Shown here: positions 1 through 12,683 of the stretch, piece after piece
Position numbering within the stretch: position 1 is the first letter of the stretch
Layout of the letters: each line of letters begins with the position of its first letter
NCBI GenBank assembly: GCA_001938485.1
Contig: MQRK01220259.1
Coordinates: 20,077-84,076, forward strand
DNA: 64,000 nucleotides
Source of the DNA: Girardia tigrina
Taxonomy: Eukaryota
Direction of reading: 5' to 3'
Notes under the pieces: model-generated
Database searches by the model: none
Seen by the model: only the letters and a program-made list of their open reading frames with translations
What the model was told of the DNA's origin: nothing
Program-made: the position numbers and the translations under genes

Positions 1-113
1 AGAAGGACACTGACCCCGTAGGAGGCCTATCGGGGGGCCCTTAAGGACTTTAGTTTGGGTGGACCCTCTAAAGAGCCTTAGGCTCAATACCATTGAAAGA
101 GATGGGAGGCCCA
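1..113 (+). repeat. GC-rich repeat, diverged inverted copy of 35604-35716
   Basis: The reverse complement aligns to 35604-35716; the last 33 nt (GGCTCAATACCATTGAAAGAGATGGGAGGCCCA) are identical. Confidence 0.9.
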
Positions 114-2080
114 TTGAGTCTAGAAAGAATTTCTTAACTCCAATGGCTCACTCTGATTGGTCGACGAATCAGAACAAGTTTCTTGGTCTACAGGGATTTT
201 AAAACATCACAATTACAAAATGTTTTTGTTGATGCTCGAAAACGAAAATTTTAATCATTTGTAAATTTGTTTTTTGAATCGAGCAAATTTATCGAGTGTA
301 AATTTATTTGAATCAAACGAATCAATTGAATATTAGATTTTATACGAATCCAATTGAATTTAACGAATTAATGAAAAGTTATTTTCATTTACGAATTTGA
401 ATATTCGATTGAATTTTATTTAAATTTGAATACAAATTTATTCAAATATAATTAGTTTTTGTTGAATCTTGATTTATATGAATTGAAAATTAATAAAATA
501 TGAATGATAATCGGTGTAAATGATAAATTTAAATGGACCCAGGCCATTCATGAAATGATCACGCATCAAAGCTGCTGCTTCTATGCTACCATTGGTAAGT
601 CTTTGGGAAACCTAAGTATCGAAAACAGGTGATAAATTCGATGTAAATTTATATTGTAATAATTTAGTTTTTTTTAAAAATAATCAAATCATTGTATCCG
701 TGATATATATTTGGAGACAAAATTTTGTAAGGCGTGGTCACCATGTAAAGAGGCACACAAGTCATTTTCAAAGATTTATTTATATCCACAATTATACCAT
801 ATTATTTAAACAACAATTCAGGAGAACTAATAAAAATATTGTGAATCCTTTTTAAATATAAATATCAATATGTATTTAATATAATATAGATTGTTTATAA
901 TTAGTCATCCCTACAGTCGAAACGTCTTTGATGTGAAAAAAATTATTGAAACATAATCGCTTAATGTCTCCTTAATGTAGTGACAACCATATAACACTTA
1001 TCCAATCAGTTAAATATTTCTCCCAAAATTTAATTCATAAAAACATTAAATCATATTTTTTTTAATAAATTTTAATATTAAACAAAATTTTCACGTTTGA
1101 AAATTTCTCAAAGTTAATAAGAAATTTAAAGAATTTTTTCATCAATAAAATTTCTTTTATACAACAGAATGTAAAGTGAAAAGTGAACCGAAAACGAGAG
1201 AACAAAAAAATTTAGTTTAATTTTTAAAAAATGAAAAATATGTCGGATGCAAATAATTTTTGTTTTAATAATCACAATAAAATTTACAGTAATTTGATTT
1301 CCTCGTTTAATCATTACTCAATTTACACATTTTCAAATAAAATTCACATATTTGATTTTATATTTGATGTCACATATTTGATAAACACAGTCAACATAAT
1401 TCTCTGGTCGGTGTTTTGAAAACTCCGCTCAATAAATTCCCAGTGGTCACATTACTCGACGATACGACGATCAAGGGCAAACTTGTCTTCTACAACGCTA
1501 TATGAATACCGATTTGGCACAGTGTCCATTACGCCAATGCAACAAAGGCAAATCGATCAAATATTCGAAACAATCCTAAATTACATTATTGAATGACAGC
1601 ACACACGAGCATTCATGTGGCCATCGGAGTTCGTCCTCAAAACGCGCGAGAACGAATACAAATGAATTAGATCTGCACAAGCGGCACTCTGAATGAACCA
1701 CAAGTATACATCGGCAAAGATGAAATATTCGCGATACTCACCAAACACCTAATTGACGGATATAGAGCTGACTGGCAAGATGTCGTCCACTTTGATGTTC
1801 AAACGCTATCATGCACCGGTAATTAATTATTATTACTGGACCGTTGTTCCCGATCCAAGTCTCATCATCCGTTGTCGGTTATCGGACCGTTTATGTTTCA
1901 CCCATAACAGTAATAAATGAAAAGTTTAACCAATTTAAGAAGTTATTTGTCCAAAAAATCCATTGATGGAAACAATTCATCTTTTTGTTGAATAAATGCG
2001 GATTTGTCTTTTTGTGGAAAACTTAATAAAAGTCTCAAACCATTATTATTATTAATAACTCATTTGATTAAAGTTTTATA

Positions 2081-2710
2081 TTAATATAAATTATAAAGTG
2101 TATTTTCAATAAATCTGTAAATATTTTCATAACATTGTGTTCTTATGTTTCCTTTTTTATTGCAATGATTACATGTCACATTTTTACAATCTCTTCTAAC
2201 ATGTCCTTCTTCATGATATGCCCAACAAGTAATTTTCCTGACTCTAAAATTTCTTCTTGTATCTTCTGGAATTTCTCTATTCCGCGGTCTTGTTGTTCTC
2301 TTTTTATTTTCCACTGTTTTCCATTCATTTTCTCTTTTTATATTATATGCTGCCACTGGTGCATTTCTTTTTCTCATGTGCGAACATTCTTGTTGTATTT
2401 CTTCAATCTCATCAGATTTCGTGATACCTAGAATGGCTATTTGTTTTTGTACATCATCATCATTTATCAAGTTAGCGTATACTAAATTCGATAGTTCTTT
2501 CTTACCTAGCTTTTTCTCTACCAATTTCTCTATTAGTTCGTCTGTCTTTCTAAATATTATTGTAGGATCGCTGGAGCCAATTCTCAAATCTAACATTTCT
2601 TTCATTATATCTAGTACGGTTTTTTCCTTGGAGAACGTTGCTCTTAATTTTTCTTCACATGTTTCACCGGGTGCTGTTTCATACTTGATCATTGCCTCCG
2701 GTGTCATGTA
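2081..2710 (-). mobile_element. LTR-retrotransposon Gag fragment with two degenerate zinc knuckles
   Basis: CWAYHEEGHVRRDC and CNHCNKKGNIRTQC are CX2CX4HX4C knuckles, each with one substituted ligand, preceded by a basic linker. Confidence 0.75.
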
Positions 2711-2855
2711 TTTGAAATTAAAAATAAATTTAAACATAACATATTTTTAGATAATAAGAATTCAAACATTAATCATCCATCTGGGTATGAGAGACAATTC
2801 AAAATCAATATACACATTCAAACACAAAACATCAAACATTCAAATATTCCTCACA
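2708..2855 (-). mobile_element. 5' part of TGTGAGGAATAT-family LTR, fused to the Gag fragment
   Basis: Reverse complement closely matches 28466-28610 (TGTGAGGAATATTTG...ACCCAGATGGATGATTAAT...AAAAATATGTTATGTTTAAATTT). Confidence 0.8.
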
Positions 2856-3306
2856 ATAGTAAAATTTGAACGTAACCGATAAACCGTGATTCAGATGATA
2901 GCGAAATTTAAGTTTTTTAATATAAATACGAAAATTTGCAAATTGATACTAAATTGATTTTTAGCAATATAATTAGAAAATAAGTGACAGAAAACGTCAT
3001 TTATCAATTGAATTAATATTTTATTAGTATTTTTATAATTGATTCCAAATATAATTCCATATCAACATTATTAAAAATCGGTGTTGATTAAACAAATGGT
3101 GTACCAGAACAGTTTTCGGTTGATTTCGACGGCTTCCTGGCGTCTTTTAACGAGGACGCTGCACTAATAGAACCGTCTTGTTGCGGGTTATCTAGATAGA
3201 ATTTGAAGTTTTATTTCGGTTCCCCATAATTTTGCATTTTAATGATAGGGGGACCGACAAAAAAACAAACAAACAAAAATATTAGACAAATATATTATAT
3301 ATAGGA
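2856..3306 (-). mobile_element. Non-autonomous Helitron, 5' portion (copy 3)
   Basis: Reverse complement starts TCCTATATATAATATATTTGTCTAA..(TTTG)n..GTCGGTC and is colinear with 46762-47630; interrupted by the LTR at 2855. Confidence 0.75.
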
Positions 3307-4064
3307 ATAAATTCTCGTATCGCAGTCTGATAACTGAACATAGAGAATAATCTTCTAAAAAATTATTGAGAAATTATTTTACTACCTGAAAAGCAGAATT
3401 ATACGTCTAAACTAAAAGCATTTTACAATCATATTCGAAACATTGACCCCATTTATTTAAATAAAATGAATTTCTTTTTTATTTTATTTGTATTAAATTT
3501 TATGTTGTTCATTCTTCCTATTTCTCTTCAAATCCTAGAAATAAATAATGTGGATTAGGGAAATAATTAATTGAAATTATAGAAATGAATAACTCTAACA
3601 AGTTTTATTAATCTTGCTAATTATGTATAAATTACTTTTACTCATCAGTTTTATTAATTTATTTGCCTGATTCTTATTACAACAATTTTATTATATTCTA
3701 ATAATGTAGAAAACTATTTTTTTCATCTTAAAAATTTGATAAATTTTGATAAAAGATCATTAGTTTTCTAATTAAATTAGAAAATTTGAATAAGTTTCAG
3801 CTACATTAATTATAATTTATAATTAAGTAAAATATTGTAAAAATATAAACAGAGCTGTAAGGAAAACCTTTCTTTTAAGAAGTAAAGAATTAAAAACATT
3901 TAAACTATGTTTGATCCGCTTGTCCGTAGAAATAAAAATAATGCTTTCAAAAGTCAAAGAACTTATTTATAAAGCTATACAATTAAAATCCAAAGTAATC
4001 ATTAATAAAGTAATACAACAAATAAATAAAGAAGTTTATAAAAACTGACTTTATAAATACAATA

Positions 4065-4750
4065 TGTTAGGAACGTTTATAAAATATAAAATTTTTGAAT
4101 CTTATCAAATTATTAAATAAACAATTACATTCCGTAAAATATTGTTATAAATATGTTAAAATAAGATTTTCAGAAATTTAATGTAAAAATATTAATTTAA
4201 TTAAGAAATAAAATAAATTTTACGGTAGGGTTGTTAAAAGATTTATGTAAAGATTTATTATAAAGTAAAAAAAAGTTAATTTCAAATTTGATAAAAATAT
4301 TTATTTGAAATAGAATAAAAAGTAATTTAAGTGTGATATTTAATTTACGAAATAAAAGTAAACTAAACCATTTTGGTAACTTTTAAATAAAAGTAAATTT
4401 AAAATGTGGTTATAATTTGTTTTGGAAAATGTAATTATAATTTTAAGGAAATTAAAATTGGAATTAAAAAATAATTGTAGAACCATTAATTCGACTTAAA
4501 TAAAAAATGCGATTTTAATTTTTTTTGGAAAATGTAATTTGAGAAACAGGAAAATTTAAATGTACCATAAAATTGAAAAATTAATAAAAGACGCAACAAA
4601 ATCTTTGACAAAATTTTAATTCACTATAATTTTTTATTAAAGAAAATATAGAATTTTAATTTGTAAAAAAATAAACTAACTATATTTTTATTTATATCTA
4701 TTTTTATTTACATTGGTTGTGTAAAAAAGAAAGTACAAAAGTTCCTCAAA
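4065..4750 (+). mobile_element. Possible solo LTR
   Basis: Imperfect inverted termini TGTTAGGAAC...GTTCCTCAAA; flanks CAATA/AAATA (4 of 5 match). Confidence 0.35.
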
Positions 4751-4887
4751 AAATATTTGCTTAAAAAATTCAAATTGTTATAGAAATAAATTTTTGTGTT
4801 CATGATAATGTCTTTTGATCAAGAACCCAATACAATACATTTGCTTTTTTTCGATTTAACACATCTTAAAAAAGACACGAAATAATA

Positions 4888-5950
4888 TTAGGTTGTAAAG
4901 TGAAATAGTTATAATTCGACAATGAATTAAAATTTTTTGCTCAGTTTTTTATTGGCTATTGAACACATCAATAAAAATTAATTAAAATTATTGATAAATA
5001 TTTCAATAATCATTACTTTAAAACAGAAAAATGCAGAAATTCGAACTATTATGAAGTACACGTTCCTACGTGGAACCTCAGTCCAATAAACCATGCGAAA
5101 CAACAATTAAGTATTTGGATGCAATGCTGTTGAATAGCGGACAGTCGGACATTGGTCCAGAAAATTCTTGAAAGGTAATTTTAACCTAATGAGTCTCGGG
5201 GTCGAGCAGGAACGCAAGTAGATAATGACAAACTAAAGATAAACTTTGAGTTAGTTGAATCAAAAAGTTATCATCATTAATCACTAACGTCTGTTGTTAC
5301 AAAGTAAACAATATTGAATCATTTTGCTGAAATTGGCAGTGATAAAGTTAGATAAATGGATTCCATAAGATTTAAATGAAAAGCAGTTTACTTGAATGTT
5401 TACTTGATTTTCGTTATAAATGTAATCATTTTTTTAGTAGAATCGCAACTTGTGATAAAAAGAAAATCTAATATTAAAATCGTAATGTATAAATTTTTGA
5501 GCAATCTGGGTGGACACAAACGAAACACCAAAATACAGTTCATCAAAAACAACTAAAGGTGAATGTTAGGTAGAGTTCCGCAGGTGTAATCCATTATGAC
5601 TTTATTAAAACTAGTTCGTCGATCACAACAGAAGATATGATGTGGAATTTCAAAGAAAACAACCGTGTTTGGTAAACAGGTTCCTCGACAATGCAAAACC
5701 CAATACTGCTTTTAAGACTTTTAAAGCAATAATGAATTCTCTTTAAAAAAACTAGCCCCTACTGACTACCATGTCATCTTTAATTTTAATTATTAAATAA
5801 TTTAAACAACTTTTTTATTGGAAAAAATTCAATTCTGAAGATGCTGTAAAAGATTCTCGCCCATCAAATTCTTATTCAAATAGCTTCAACAAACTGCCGC
5901 TCAAATGGCAAAAGTGTGTCGATAATATGATTGTATACTTTGATGAATGA
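4888..5950 (+). mobile_element. Decayed mariner transposon
   Basis: TA+TTAGGTTG TIR-like start, N-terminal EIRTIMKYTFLRG, C-terminal KLPLKWQKCVDNMIVYFDE*; many stops and frameshifts. Confidence 0.75.
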
Positions 5951-6830
5951 CATAAATATTTGCATTGGTAAATTATCAATAAACTTTGACTTTAGTTCTA
6001 AAAATATCACACTTGACGATTTAACAGTTAATCAAGTTACAATAAAATTCTTTAAATGTTTCAAAATTAGAGTCCGTTAACATAAAAATTATTTTACAGA
6101 ACCAATGTTATTGTCCTAGTTGTACCCACATTCTCTGAAGCGTCTTTTCACAATTTCTTAACTGGGAAAAAGACCCATTCAATTAGAGATGTTAATTAAA
6201 AATAAATAAATACTTATGATTAAACATTAAATGTAATATGGTGATAATTTTATTAAAATATTTTAAATAAAGGGGAAGCAAAATAAAAACGAATGTATAA
6301 CGATCAAATGATTTTAAATATTTGAATAAAAAATCATTCAACTAGAAATTAATAATTGTCAGTATTAATTATCAAATATTAATATCAATTTAATAAAATT
6401 ATTTCAAAGAAAATCAAATGAATTTTAGCAATTTATTGCAATACGATGTAAATTCTTAAATATTATTTATAATTATTAAAAATTATTAAATAAATTATTT
6501 TAACAAACATTATGTTACTAGAAAATATTTTCCCGAAAATTATTATATTGTTTTATTATTTATATTTATTTAATAATAATGTTTAAATAATGTCATTTGC
6601 AAAAAAATGTGAGCACTGTAAATATTTACAGTTATTTTTTAAATTATTTTTGTTTGTTAAGGATTTGAAACATTTAATTTGTATGAGTAACAAAAAAAAC
6701 TAATAGCGAAATTTATCATTTGAAAGTCAGTTTAAATTAAAAAATACCCTTAAATTACAATATTAAAATAATTGAAGAGTTATTTTATTATAGGCGCGCT
6801 GAAAACAGTTTTTTCAAAAAGAAATATATA

Positions 6831-7219
6831 CAGGGTAGCCCATTGGGTACGCAGCCTCTAATTTTTGCATATTCTAAATCTACTCGTCAAGACGAGTATT
6901 TTGATATATAACATGTGAGGTGTAAAAATTCCAGAACTTGACCTTTTTGCACAATAAAGGTCAAATTTTGAAACTCAGAATTTTGTTATAAAAATGGATT
7001 CATTTTGTGGATTAAAAAAAATTTTTTTTGTAGATCATGAATATTTTTTTTAATCCACAAAATGAGTCCATTTTTATAACAAAATTTGACCTTTATTGCG
7101 CAAAAAGGTCAAGTTCTGGAATTTTTACACCTCACATGTTATATATCAAAATACTCGTCTTGACGAGTATATTTAGAATATGCAAAAATTAGAGGCTGCT
7201 TACTTATTGGGCCACCCTG
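6831..7219. mobile_element. Foldback MITE, Tc1/mariner type
   Basis: TA|CAGGGT...ACCCTG|TA; the two arms (about 180 bp each) are near-perfect reverse complements around a short spacer. Confidence 0.92.
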
Positions 7220-7339
7220 TATTTAAAAAAGGAAGAATGAGTCAAAATGGATACAAATATTTACGACCAGATCATATTGTAGGCGGGTTATCTGCCGGCC
7301 AATCTTGTTACGGGTTCACTCAGCCAAGAACATTTGCAC

Positions 7340-7680
7340 TTGTTCAACTGAAATAAACGTTAGTTATCTCCTCGTGGATTCCATGTTCCATAATATATAG
7401 ATTCCTGTCAGGTGAATAAAGTGGTTGCAGAATACATATAATTGCATTTTGCTTTAAGACATTTTCTGCATGTGGTCAAACTTTTTCCTGCTCTATGGTA
7501 AGATTTCTATGATGTCGAATTCGCTTCATATCGTCTACAAATTTAACGTATCTTTCAGCGTTCATAATTCTCCTATGTTCCACCACTTAAAAATAATGAT
7601 TCCCACGAAAGTTCATGACTACTTTTATACGCCATTTCTTATCTGCAATGATTCTTCGAGTTTGTTTGGATCTCTTATTT
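7340..7680 (-). mobile_element. Tc1/mariner transposase C-terminal relic
   Basis: Translates to MNAERYVKF...QEKV*PH...QPLYSPDRNL, resembling the DNARPH and PYSPDLN motifs. Confidence 0.5.
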
Positions 7681-8479
7681 AAAATGCGGTTATTAAAAAT
7701 GCAGTTTTTTGACCTCCTAATTTTATTTTCAAAGGTTAATACAATGAAAGATCATTATTAATTTTAAATTACCAACTGAATTATTTGGAAAGCTCATGAT
7801 GAAGAGACTTTATCATTCAGGATTATTTATTTCCAGTAATAAAATTATGTTTTTAGATTTTTAAGCATTTTTTAAAACTTTTATTGGTTATTTATTTACT
7901 TATTAGTCCTTTATTAAATGAAAGCGCAAACGGTTTATAAGAAAGACAACTGAAAGAGGTTTGTATAATATTTCGTATTCGTTATTATTGTTGTAATATA
8001 ATTACAAGTATTATTTTGGGCTAAAATCCAATGGGAAATACGATGAAGCATTACATTTTATTTGCAAACGTTGAAAAAGGAAAAAAATAACATTATAATC
8101 TTACGTTATTTATACTCACTGAATATACAAAGCAGAAAGTTTTAAAGATTGTCTTGAGACTCGGGGACATTCGTTTCAATGACGACCAAAACAAAAGGAA
8201 TCCTGCTTAGGAGACATTGTTGCTCGAGTGTTTGTAAATATTCGAGTGATTATCGATTAATTTGGATTAAATGGATTGCATTATTTTATACATTTCTTTT
8301 TCTCATTCTTTAAAATATTTAAAATAAATTCTCGGGTAAAAAATAAATTCAGCTATACGAAGCTAGATATCTGAAGATGTGTCTGTTGCTTTTCCATTTA
8401 CAATTTCTCTATACTGATAAATCGAAGATCAGCGTCAAATTTAAAGGCAAAACGAAAACTCTTTTCAATGATGTTAATT

Positions 8480-8745
8480 ATAATGAAAGAAATCGTTGAG
8501 GTGTATGGGCAAAACTATTAAAACGCGGCGTTTGCAATTCTGGCAAATTTCAACGATACTCAGAGACAAACCACAAAAGATGACCATGATCTCAATGGGT
8601 TGAATATGATGCGGAAAATAAACAAACCAGCAGTGAAGAGAACCTTTCAAATTGGAATACAATTATTTGTACAGAAAATCAAAAATGAAACACTCGTGTA
8701 ATGAATGTAACATCAAATACATAAAAGAGATTTTCTGTCATTCTG
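8480..8745 (+). mobile_element. Possible piggyBac transposase C-terminal relic
   Basis: With frameshifts reads VCNS(W)QISTIL...MTM followed by KMKHSCNECNI, a cysteine-rich-domain-like segment. Confidence 0.3.
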
Positions 8746-9109
8746 TAGTGAACCCAAGGACACAGCATAGGGGATGGCCGTATACGTTCAAGTCATTAAC
8801 CGTGTCTCCTTTTTCTTTATGGATGACCTAAAAGAAATTCCAATTTTTGGAACCGTAAATACTTTAATTTTCACGACATCTGATTTATTGATCTGTTTTA
8901 TCTTGTTACCAAACAAATTTACAATATTGAAATAAATCAGATTGACTAAATGTAAGAACTCAATGACTTTCGAAGGGCGACATTCTAGAGACATGGGTCG
9001 ATCTAAAGAAATTTCTAGACAGTTCTTTTGACTCCTCATGACTTACTAGTATAACAATTCAATATTTAACACAAATTAAAAATCCCAAAATACCCTCTAA
9101 ACGAATTAG

Positions 9110-9148
<39 letters not shown>

Positions 9149-9926
9149 TTTTTTTTAATTTTAATTTTACTAAGATATTTTTTAATTAGGATTCATTTGA
9201 ATATTGTAAATATTAAAATATTTTAAATAAATAATATGTATCCAATATTTATGTATCCAAGAGATTTGGTATTATAACTTATGATCATCTAAAACATTGT
9301 AAAAGGGACATAAAATTTCAAAAGATTTAACTTTTGTGGTTTGAATGTTTCGGTGTAAACTTCTTTGAACTTTGAATAAGACTGTTTAAAATATTCAATT
9401 TTACTTATAAATATTTATTCAATACTCAACAAGGTGTTGGTTAAACATAAATTTCGGGTAACATGTAGGATATTATATTTAAACTATTATCACTAGTACG
9501 AATTTTATATTGTAATGGCATAAATTCATATGAATTTGATATGATAGTCATCAATTGATGACATCTTTCTCCTATATATTTTTTATAGAATAAAAGAGGC
9601 ATCTTCCTTGTTGTTTTGTTTTTTATTTTACCAGAACCTAATTCTTAAGTTTCTTTCTTAAGTTTTTTTATTTATTTGATTATTTGTTTTGAAAGAAATA
9701 AATTCATTTAAGAAGGATGAGCAATTAATTCTGAATCATCGATTTCCATTTCTTTCTTTCAGTCATTCAACGTAAGGTGACCTTTATCTAAAGTGTGACA
9801 CCAGTTGGAAGAATGTACTTCAATAGTTTTTCTCGAAATTATAATAATATAAAAATATAAAAAATATAAAAAAGAAAATATAAAAATATAATATATAAAT
9901 AGAATGAATAAATTCTTTTTTTTGCT

Positions 9927-10345
9927 AATAGTTTAAAAGCCGTTGGTTCTCAACCAGCTAAACTGTATGGACTTCCAAAAGTTCACAAAGATGGCATTCC
10001 TTTGCGTCCCGTATTATCTATGGTAAAAACATCTCAATATGAAGTAGCGAAATATCTTGATGGTAAATTAAAGCCACTTCTGAAAAAGGGTTTTAATTGT
10101 TTAGACAGTTTTGAATTTGTTGACTTTATTTCAAAATATAAGATTAGTAACAAAAATGAAATTATGGTTTCTTTTGATGTGGTTAGTCTTTTCACCAATG
10201 TTCCTCTGAGGGAAACGATTGATTTATGTTGCAATCTTTGGAAAGATAATGTTGGTGAACACCATCTTATCGATGAAGTTGCATTTCGTGAATTGTTATG
10301 TTTTGCCACTTCTAATATTTATTTTCTTTTTAATAATGAGTGGTA
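9927..10345 (+). mobile_element. Penelope-like element reverse transcriptase fragment
   Basis: PAKLYGLPKVHKDGIPLRPVLS...MVSFDVVSLFTNVP...YFLFNNEWY; truncated at the Mutator junction. Confidence 0.92.
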
Positions 10346-11970
10346 TCCCGACAGACCAAAAACCCGACAGGCCAAAATCCGACAGTCGAAATTCCCGACA
10401 GACCAAAATCCCGACAGGCCAAAATCCCGACGGCCAAAAATCCCGACAAAATTTTATCGAGCATTTGATTGAAAATTTTTTGAAAGTCTATTTAAAATTT
10501 GTTACCGTTTAGTTGCTGTTTTCTAATTTTTTGTCGAAAAAACGGTTTTTTAAAACTTTTGTCAAGGAAGAGCTACAACAACATTTTTTGATGGGAAGCA
10601 TATCCTGAAAAACTTTGTTTTCCATAGTCATGCTCCACAAACTAGTTCTGCTGCCATCGCAAACGTCCTCAATCAGATGAAGGAAAATGTGAAGCAAAAT
10701 CAAGATTTGCCATGCCAGATTTTTCAGAAGACTTTAGTGACAATTAATTTTGAGAATGCACCATACATGCCATCCAAAAATTCATTATGAAAAAGAATTG
10801 CTTATGTTCGGAAAACAGAGAGACTACCAGAACCACAATCACTTGAAGATCTAATCATCCCAGAAGCGTTTCGTCGTACTTTGAACAACGAACTCTTTCT
10901 TGTAAGAGACTCTAAGGTGGTACAAGAAAGAATTATTCTTTATACAACGAAATTAAATGTTCATCGTCTCTCTTGCGCTCCGTATTGGTTAATGGACGGA
11001 ACATTTAAAACTGTACCTACTATTTTCTTTCAGTTATATACAATTCACGCCCAAGTTGGTGGCGATAACTATCGAATTCTCCCACTAGTTTATGCTTTAA
11101 TAACAAGCAAGCGCTAAGATAACTACAAAAGATTATTCTAAGATCTAATTGATTTTGCCCAGGAAAATGACATTGACATAAAACCACAAGTGATTTTGAT
11201 AGATCTCGAACTTTCGGTCATTAATGCATTGAAAAGCAAATTTCCTGCAGCTCGTAATAAAGTGTGTTCTTTTCATCTTGGACAGTATTTCTGGAGGAAA
11301 GCCCAAGGTAGTGGACTGGCTTCCTCCGGATGAGATAACAAAAGCGTTTGATATTTTGAAACAACATTTACCACAACAAACTAAGGATGTCTTGGATTGG
11401 TTTCAAAATAATTATATACATGGAAGAATTAGAAGACATATGCGTGATGACACAGTTTTTCGTGAATCACATTTATTTCCACCAACAGTATGGATGGTTC
11501 ATGATTATATTAAACAAGGCATTCCACGTACTCAGAATGTCGTAGAAGTTTGGCATCGAAGATGGGAATGCCTTATTGTACGAGCACATGTTAGATTTTA
11601 CAGGTTAATTACAGAATTTCAGAAAGAACAACAGCAAGTCAATATTCAAGCAGAATGTATACCTCGAGGAGAGCCTACTACAATTTTAATCATACCTACT
11701 ATTTTAATCATATACTGATAATTAATATTCTAAGTTATACGATATCTATAAACATTTTTTTGGGTTTGTGGGATTCATTTAGAATTTTGGACTGTCGGGA
11801 TTTTGGGCAGTCGGGATTTTGGCTGTCGGGATTTTGGCTGTCGGGATTTTGGCTTGTCTGGATTTTGGCCTGTCGGGATTTTGGACTGTCGGGATTTTGG
11901 TCTGTCGGGATTTTGACTGTCGGGATTTCGGCTGTCGGGATTTTGGCTGTCAGGATTTTGACCCGTTCCC
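10346..11970 (+). mobile_element. Mutator-like (MULE) DNA transposon with dead transposase and arrayed TIRs
   Basis: WLMDGTFKTVPTIFFQLYTIH, PLVYALIT, CSFHLGQYFWRK and RTQNVVEVWHRR motifs with internal stops; inverted arrays of a 15-bp unit CCCGACAGNCCAAAA at about 10347-10450 and 11785-11960. Confidence 0.92.
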
Positions 11971-12568
11971 ATAAAGTAAGCTAATAAAAAGAATGGAAAA
12001 AATATTATTATTTAATTGAATATAAAAGAATAAAAAAATAATTATGTTTTCATGTTTGATGTAACAATGAAAACGATTTTTTTAGTTGTGATTATTTTGG
12101 AAATTTAGAGCCTTGTTGTTCGTGACTTTAATAATTTTTATGAATGAAATTTTATGACGAGAATTTTAATTGAAATTGTTGATTGTAAAGACATTTTGTG
12201 GGAACGTAACTTAGCGAATATTTTTGTGAGAGAATTTTGAAACGATTAAAATTTTAGTAAAAAAAGTTTTGTTCGAAAATTCAAATTAGAAATGAATTTC
12301 GAACGGAAATACAAAAGTTAATTGTTGACGGATAATTTATTAGAGTCAATGATGAATCGCAACATTAAAAATGCATATTCATTTTGCATTATCAATTTCA
12401 TCGAGTATAATTTGGTACAGCTTTTTATCAGCGAAATAAAACAGAAAAATGTTCAATTCTTAAATGAAAAGTTTAGTAAACATAAACAAATTATTTGAAA
12501 TGCATATGATCTAAATTCTCAATCAATTATTGATATAATTTCCGAACGTCATCAGCGTGTCAATTAAG

Positions 12569-12683
12569 TCAATTTCAAGAGTAAAAAATCAAAAATTGTC
12601 CCTAATTCGCGAATTAATATTGTTGGTCGAAAAATCTCTTCAATTCCGAAATATGTATTTTAACTAAATTGTCTTTTGCAGAG
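12569..12683 (+). repeat. 115-bp segment duplicated in inverted orientation at 16615-16729
   Basis: Direct reverse-complement match with one mismatch seen. Confidence 0.9.

Noticed and set aside
10002-10472. 156-aa ORF as a real RT-repeat fusion protein
   Set aside because: It is chance read-through from the Penelope RT into the Mutator TIR array.
10347-11960. 15-bp repeat arrays as a CRISPR array or repeat-protein ORFs
   Set aside because: There are no unique spacers; the arrays are inverted relative to each other and flank a MULE transposase, so they are subterminal repeats.
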